Of a DNA stretch of 64,000 nucleotides, positions 57,492 to 64,000 are shown one piece after another. The stretch is taken from assembly GCA_964187785.1 (NCBI GenBank), contig OZ076409.1, forward strand, positions 84,756,001-84,820,000. The letters are read 5' to 3'. This DNA is from Amphiscolops sp. MND2022. Its lineage: Eukaryota. The notes below the pieces were generated by a model, which worked only from the letters and a program-made list of their open reading frames with translations, did not search any database and was not told the DNA's origin. The position numbers were made by a program, and so were the translations under genes. The first letter of the stretch is position 1. The number at the start of each line of letters is the position of its first letter.

Positions 57492-59658
57492 CCTGGACAA
57501 TTGCGCAATTGTAACGGGACCCTCTGGTACGCCGATTTTGCAACTTTGACATGTTCAGAAATTTTGTCAAAAATTCTAACTCGATGTGTGACGTGGCACT
57601 GAGCATGTGATTGCTCTTTTCGCTGTTTTCGGCATTTTCAATGCAATACGAGGACCGAGCGAGACCGACCGAGAGGGCTTAGAAAAACTCTAAAAAAAGA
57701 CTCTTTTTGGGTGCTAACCCTGTTTTTCATTGATTTTAGCATTATGCTACTTTAAGTAGCTGAAACCATTAAAAATGAGTCCTGTAAGGAGCTTAATTAT
57801 CCTTGTTTGCTGCTTGGAGTCCCTGCTCCCCAGCTTGTGGCTGTGTGATTTGCCATATTCGTGCCTGTTCCGATGTATTTTCACTGGTTTTAGCCAGCTC
57901 GAGCGCTAGTTTTGGCAGTTTTAGACCTTATTCCCCATTTTAGAACTTATTCCCCATGCCACCCTGGAATTGAAAATTTACCTTATTCTTGGCATTGTTT
58001 TCATGTGCTAGTTAAGCGGTGGTCTTTAGAGAGTCACGAAGATGCCCGTTACTATCAGCAATCAAAGACTAGGACCAGTTGGACAGTGTTTGTCGAAGCA
58101 CTGTGATACATGACCTCAAAAGTTTCGTTATAGAACTTTCTAGAGCCTCCTCTTGGAATAATCTTCACATTTTAATCTTTCGTTCCCACCAGTTTTCAGC
58201 ATTCGTGTTGGTATGGTTCTGACTGCGTATCTAACGTAATTCATGTCAGTTTTTTTATCAGTCCAGTGATCATCTGCGCAGCAAAACGAAAAAAATTGTT
58301 TTATTGAAAACGAAAAAGTTTTATTGAATAATTTTTAAAGAAGTGTATCGTTCGCTTTGAATTTAGGATCAGCAAGAAAATGTCTGTTTTGGATAGGAAT
58401 AAAATAGGGGAGAAAGTTAAACAAAGTAATTTTATGTCCAATCGTTGTAGATCTTCGGTTTCCGTAGACCAGTCTGCTTCACAGCCGTCGGAGAGTGCGC
58501 CCTCGGCGCTGTTGGAGATATGAAATACTGAAATAGGACAACAGTTCACATCGACGTGTTCTGTTTCAAGTAACAGTTTTCTTCGTTGAATTTATTCATT
58601 ATTGTTTCTCTCGAAATGTTGACTTAGGGGCAACTTTCCTCAACAAGAAATAAAGTTGGAATGATTTTCCTGGTTATTTTTCAAATTATTCAGGTAGGGC
58701 ATTTTCCTTGGAATTTGGTTTCAGCTATAGACTCTCAGGAGTTTCGCTCCGAGAGGTGTTGATGTTTCCTGAAGGGAATTTTTCTGCTTGTAGCCACACT
58801 TTGATGCATGATTGATTACCATTCTTATCCACTTCAGATTAGGTGTGAAAATATTGACAAGTTGTCAGTGTAATAAAATACATCTCAAGTGGGCAGATAG
58901 CGGTTTCACGCCTAATACTATGTCAACGTCGTCTCGATCAATCAAATCGCTTGTTGATAAAATGAAAGGTTATATGAGAAAATGGCAAATAATCTCAAGT
59001 AAAAACATAATTGGAATAAAATAAGATGAAAGATCTCAATAAGAATGATCAAATCAATTGATGGGGTTGCCGTATATTGTTAATAACCATATAACCTTCA
59101 CTGACTGGTTTCATGTACAATCTAAACTTGTAGGTAAATCCACAATATCTAGTCTGGCAACTACATTTAGCCACGAACTCCAACTTCTTTTGAATTCAAC
59201 TCAATAAACTTCTTGTTACATTTGTATTCAATTTTGTCTTTCGCAGTACTTTTGTAGCCAGTGAAAAACTTATCTTCGAGTCCAGTACATCTCCCGAATA
59301 ATTTGGCAGATCAGGCTTTTGGCCTCATCTTGATCTTTCCCACAAGTCTTTGAAGAACTCTACTGGAGGCGGAAATGACTTCGAAAAAAAGTAATGTGTA
59401 CTTTTTGAGCAAAATTTGACTTGATCAGGGTCTTTTTTATCACAATCGCTTCCTGTTTCCATCAAGACTTTTAATTCCTTCGTTGAAATTTGGAAGATAC
59501 TTCCGGAAGATTTGAGTGTGTTAAATTGGATTTCCTTCAAGGAAGCACTTCCCTAAAATTTATTCCTATTTCTGTTAACACAACCAAACAGCCGAGAATA
59601 GTCAGATACCGGACTTAACATCAGCCGCCATTCCACTAGTACTGAGGTCCAGTCATTA

Positions 59659-61950
59659 ATGTCCCTTATCCGAAACCGGCCTCTCGGGTCACCCAGTAGC
59701 ACAGACAGTAAAGTGGACGTAAACGCCTTTGCCGAAATGATGGTTGTTCTAATGCAAAAAACCCAATCAATTATCACTGAAGACACAGAAGAGACAAACA
59801 CTTCTAATCGAGGAGAATGCGCTGGTCACCCCCAATATATGGAATCTTCACAGTTAGCAAACAGCGTGCGATCTAGGACATCTAAGACACTTTTTCCTGA
59901 ACTCCTTTCAGCTGGCGATTTCTCCAAAGAGAAAACTGCGATTTCCTTCCTACAGGCCGATGATGAGAGCACCTCCTCACTCTGTGATGCCGCCTCCTTG
60001 CCCGGAACTGGAGCCAGGGCCAAAGTTTATTCTGATCTGAGTGAGGGAGGAGAAAGGGGAGAAGACACCATCCATCCAGTCAGTTTGTATGGTTATAGAG
60101 TCTCCGTCAGGTGAACCGAATCTGGGACAGAGAGGAGAGAAGTCCTGATTCGGCATTCGGCAACCTCATTTCCGTGGACCCTCTTCTTCCCCAGTAGGAA
60201 ACTTGGAAGCCAGGACGCATGAAGTCGCGGGAAGCAGCCGAGCCACCTTGAAACAGTACTTTGAGGAGACCCTTTCGCCTTGCCTATTGTGTACCCCACA
60301 GTCGCCTTCAGCGAGTCCCATCAATGTCTCTATTCAGAGTGCTGATCAATGGAACTGAGAGTCTGTCGCGCAGCCCTAGAGAACGATTGAACTTGGAGCC
60401 GACAAAGGGGACACCTGCAACAGTTAAATCCCGGACCGAGCATTTCAGAATACAAACGCGGGCCCACACTCCATGACCCTGTCGTGTGAGTGACTCGAGC
60501 ATGGAGAGTTCTGCCAAACATTCCAACTCTGAGTCAGAAGCAACAGTGGCAACAGATAATGGAGGGGAATTACCTGCAATGATGAAACTGACAAGGCAAA
60601 AAAGATGGCTCTTTTTAAATAAACTTTTCAGAGATCGTCCTCTACCAAACAGATGTCTTTTGTCGTAACAAAACTCGGAACTGACCGGTGAAGATTCCGA
60701 GTTGTTCGATCTTCGTTGTCAGGGCATAACTTTGTCCCGGGTCTGGAACGAGGCTATTGCCGAAAATGATCGGGTTGGACCCTAACCTAAGCGTCTCAAG
60801 AAAAGGGAGACAGCGTTGCGATGTGGAGTTCCGATGCGTGACGAGTTCGCTGACCAGCAGATCCCCTTCACGTTCCATACTTGGTCTGGTGCCACAAATG
60901 TAAAAAATTTTCCCAATACGCACCAATGGGACGGATCAAAGCCTGCGTCAAAACAGGACGGAGAAACACCTGCGCAAGGCCCAGAGGTGGTGTTATCATT
61001 ATTTGATGACTGTGGACCAAGGTCGTAACAAGGTCCAATAAAGAGTCAGAGGTCGAGACGCCAAGATCATCACCAGCTGGAATTGGTTAAGGATCTTCCC
61101 CATTTCATCCACACCGAATTGGTGGATATAGGAGATCGACTTCATTTTCACGAGGACTTCCTGAATGGAAACACAACAGCGCTGGTTACACTTGACTCAG
61201 GGGCCAAAACCCAACTGTGTATTGTATTCAATCATATCCAGAGCCACGGCGACTTAATAATTTTACGTAATTTGTGTGCAAAGATCAGTTCATCACTAAT
61301 TGCCAAGCATTATTCTGTGTCTTCCGTCGGAGTTAAGAACGACTCAACTCACGGAAAGTGTTGTTTTCTACCTTACTTTCCTTCGTCAGACTTGACTTGT
61401 AACGTTCCGTTTTTGTTTTTCCAGACATTGTTCATACACTATTTCAGTTATGCTTTGAAGGACATAGCTGAGCAAGAGGCAACTGAGTAGTGGTTCGCCA
61501 CAGAGTTTGATGACGTGGGCTTCTACCACTTCATGTCTCTCTGGTTCTGGAAAGGGATCGATCTATGTTGTGTCATCGTTTGTCGCAGTGGGCTGCTCTC
61601 AACTGGTCTGAATGGCGAATTCAACCCTCTGTCTCACTTGTTGTCTGTAGTTTCTACTGAAGCTGATATTATTGCCAGCTGTGGATGCCCCGCTGGCCTC
61701 GTTCGTACTGTCGACCAATCGACGTACTTCACGAGAGGTGTTCATTGTTGGTAGCGTTTCTCCTTAGCATAAATTTCGCACAAGTCTAGATTCAGTGTCT
61801 TCGGGAGGATCGATCTCTTCTCTGTCTTCCAGGGAATCATGGTCTCCATAGTTGGGTCTGTAAACAAAACTTGGGCCCCTCGATCTCCCGAACGTACTAG
61901 CGTTAGCCTATTTCCTTCTTGTCCACAGTCCAAGGACAGTAGGAATTAGG
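59659..61950 (+). pseudogene. Decayed homologue of the retrotransposon antisense BED-finger gene
   Basis: ADPLHVPYLVWCHKCK ~ LDPVHNKFKFYCMLCK; VRGRD...LVDIGDRLHFHEDF ~ VRGRD...LVEAGDRFPFFEEY; TLFIHYFSYALKDI...MSLWFWKG ~ NVFHHIFMRGFSDI...LSIRFWKN. Many stops and frameshifts. Confidence 0.7.
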
Positions 61951-62043
61951 ATGTCTACATTGTACTTTGTTTTGTTCAGGACATTTTTAGTTGTACACTT
62001 GACGTCAGAACCGTGCCTGAACATTCCAGCAGTTTCACCAATA

Positions 62044-62330
62044 CTTGACAATCCTTACCCTTCGCCAGGAAATTAAAGGAGTTAGAAGCAGGGTAACTTA
62101 TCCTCCTGTAAATCCCAAATAACTATCCCGTCCTGTTGCCAATGAAAATTCTCCATGAGACAGATAGCTCACGATTGGCAATTCAACTACTCCCGCAGAT
62201 AGAGCAAGACTTGACAATCCATGCCTCTCATCAGGAAATGAAAGGAGTTCGAGGCAGAAAAACTTATCTTCCTGCAATTTCCAAATAACTATCCCGCCCT
62301 ATTGCCAATGAAAATCCTCTTTAAGACATA
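62044..62330. repeat. Diverged direct repeat pair, period ~165 bp
   Basis: ACTTGACAATCC...CAGGAAAT.AAAGGAGTT...AACTTATC...CCAAATAACTATCCCG.CCT.TTGCCAATGAAAAT occurs twice. Confidence 0.7.
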
Positions 62331-63523
62331 TATCGCTAGATTCGCATTTTAACCTAGTGATCGTTTCAGGCGCAAAACTTTGAATTGTCATTTCCACACG
62401 ACGAATTCTTCACCCTCCGATTAGAGGTTTCAGTCCAGATCGTCTGTGAGTTTGAATATAAATTCATTAGGCGTCGTTGTTTTTGTCCGTCTGTATGTGG
62501 ACGCCCATTTCTACCTCTGTGGAGAAGTTCGCAGCTTGATTCACCGCCTCTGTTGCTGCTGATACACGTCTGATATTGTCACGCAGGGGAATTCCTGAGT
62601 TTTATTCGCCAGCAAGACGGCCAACAAAACAAAGAACAGCCAACAGAGTCAAGACAGATTTCGTCACTGTTGGATTTAACTACTACAGACACCTATTAGA
62701 TGGTATCCTGAAGCAGTGTTAAAGTCCCATATCGTCAAAAGAATGACCGCTTTCGATCCTTACAATCTGTTTGAGCGACCTGTTGAGATAACCCTACGTT
62801 TTTTTGATTCATTAGACAGCACCTTCCTCCGAGTGTGCTCCTGAGTGTCTGCCACCAAAGAAACAGTTTGTCGAGATGAATACTTGGAACTACTGAACTG
62901 TCTGCGTGCCGCCGACTCTTCCAAATTTGACACGCTCAGTGCACCACAAGACTTGTGAGTTCCTTATGGGGTTTGAATTCATGCAGACCCCGGTACATCT
63001 CTCATAGTTGTTTAAGTTGTGCTGTTTATGTATCACTAGCCAAAGTCAACAAAACGAGGTTGTCACTTTTGGTAGTGTGAGTACCTTTGGGTACCAAAAA
63101 CAGTTTACAGATGTCATCTTGTTCTATCAAAGAAATCTCTCTGGTGTCCTCGATTCAGTTTCCGTGTCTGAGTAGGTTCTTCCTACTTGCCGCAGATTTT
63201 GACAGGTCAGCTTTTGCTCCTGATTACAGGCCCCGGACTTTTGTTGATTTTTTAACCGGTCTTTTAATTAAAAGTCCCTGCTTTTTTCTTACAAGTCCAT
63301 GGATGGAAAGTGAGTGCAATCCGCTTGGTTCTTGGAGACATCTTTTCGGTTGCTGGTGAAGTAGCCGTAAAAATGCGCAGAAAATCCAAGAGACGACAAC
63401 AAGTAAGCAGTGCTTTTACTCAGTTGTGAAAGAGTTAGCGCACGGTGCTGCTAAAAACTAAACGTATATATGTCGTTATGTTTTTTCAGTCTGTCAATTT
63501 GGAGAGTCTTTTTGTAATATTTC

Positions 63524-64000
63524 TGTTACGACTATTGTTCGGTGTTGTTTTAGAACTAGTCGCAGTTTGTGTTTTGACTGGGGTGGACGTTCCTGCTACG
63601 GAGATGTTTTCTTGGTCAGAATCAGAATCTTGCAAGTTCGGATTAACTGAACGTTTCTTGCTCGCAGGTGCTAATAATTTGAGCATTTCCTTTTGATTTT
63701 CAGCTAATATTTTTGTTAGATCAGTCATTATCTCTTTCCTCAGTGTTGTTTTTATTTCCTCCAGATTTTCAAGTTCAAGTCTAGGGTTTTTACTAGAGCT
63801 AGGTATCAGGTTCTCAGTGGAGTTATTTTCAGTTAGAGAAGCTTCAAAATCTCCCGACGCTAACTCGGCTATAGCTTTTCTCTTCTGGCTCCTTGTCGTC
63901 ATTTTCAAAGTTAAGATATCAGAGTCTTTGGCAAGAATTAAATTCTTCAAAGAAATTTTGGGTTTTCGTAATCTCAACGAGCAACAAAATTTTGAAACAA
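63524..64000 (-). mobile_element. 3' end of an LTR (same family as 51458-52741) with embedded gag N-terminus; runs off the window
   Basis: Minus-strand MTTRSQKRKAIAELASG...KTTPNNSRN ends at ...AGTCGTAACA (63524), the same terminus as at 52741. Confidence 0.7.

Noticed and set aside
58800..59540. Possible decayed minus-strand coding remnant
   Set aside because: Multiple stops and no motif I can assign; may belong to the decayed element at 59.6-62 kb.

Overview
AT-rich eukaryotic (animal-like) genomic DNA with GT-AG spliceosomal introns and a 200-N assembly gap (49593-49792). I see no conventional housekeeping gene. Three zones. (1) About 1-29.5 kb is a compact cluster of intron-containing genes. 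It includes a C2HC-zinc-finger/JmjC demethylase and a SET-methyltransferase/tyrosine-recombinase/Myb-like fusion. It also has a second, frameshifted recombinase-like/SET gene, a decayed RNase-H-like+BRCT gene and a Tudor-like gene. The cluster is interleaved with region-specific motifs (GTCCCACCAA, ATCACATCGCGTTGC, GGAGTCGTTA), twin hairpins and a 67-bp tandem array. My best interpretation (inference) is one or two large tyrosine-recombinase-mobilised elements carrying their own histone-methylation writer/eraser/reader kit; the ends are not proven. (2) 32671-48644 is a very young, intact 16-kb Ty3/Gypsy LTR retrotransposon with 1.72-kb LTRs and an ATAGA target-site duplication. Its gag starts inside the LTR, and it carries a spliced antisense BED-finger gene plus an extra sense ORF with SIM-like motifs. 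(3) 48.6-64 kb is a repeat graveyard of solo LTRs with gag N-termini, MITEs, long palindromes and a decayed homologue of the antisense gene. All domain calls are by eye from motifs; no database search was run.
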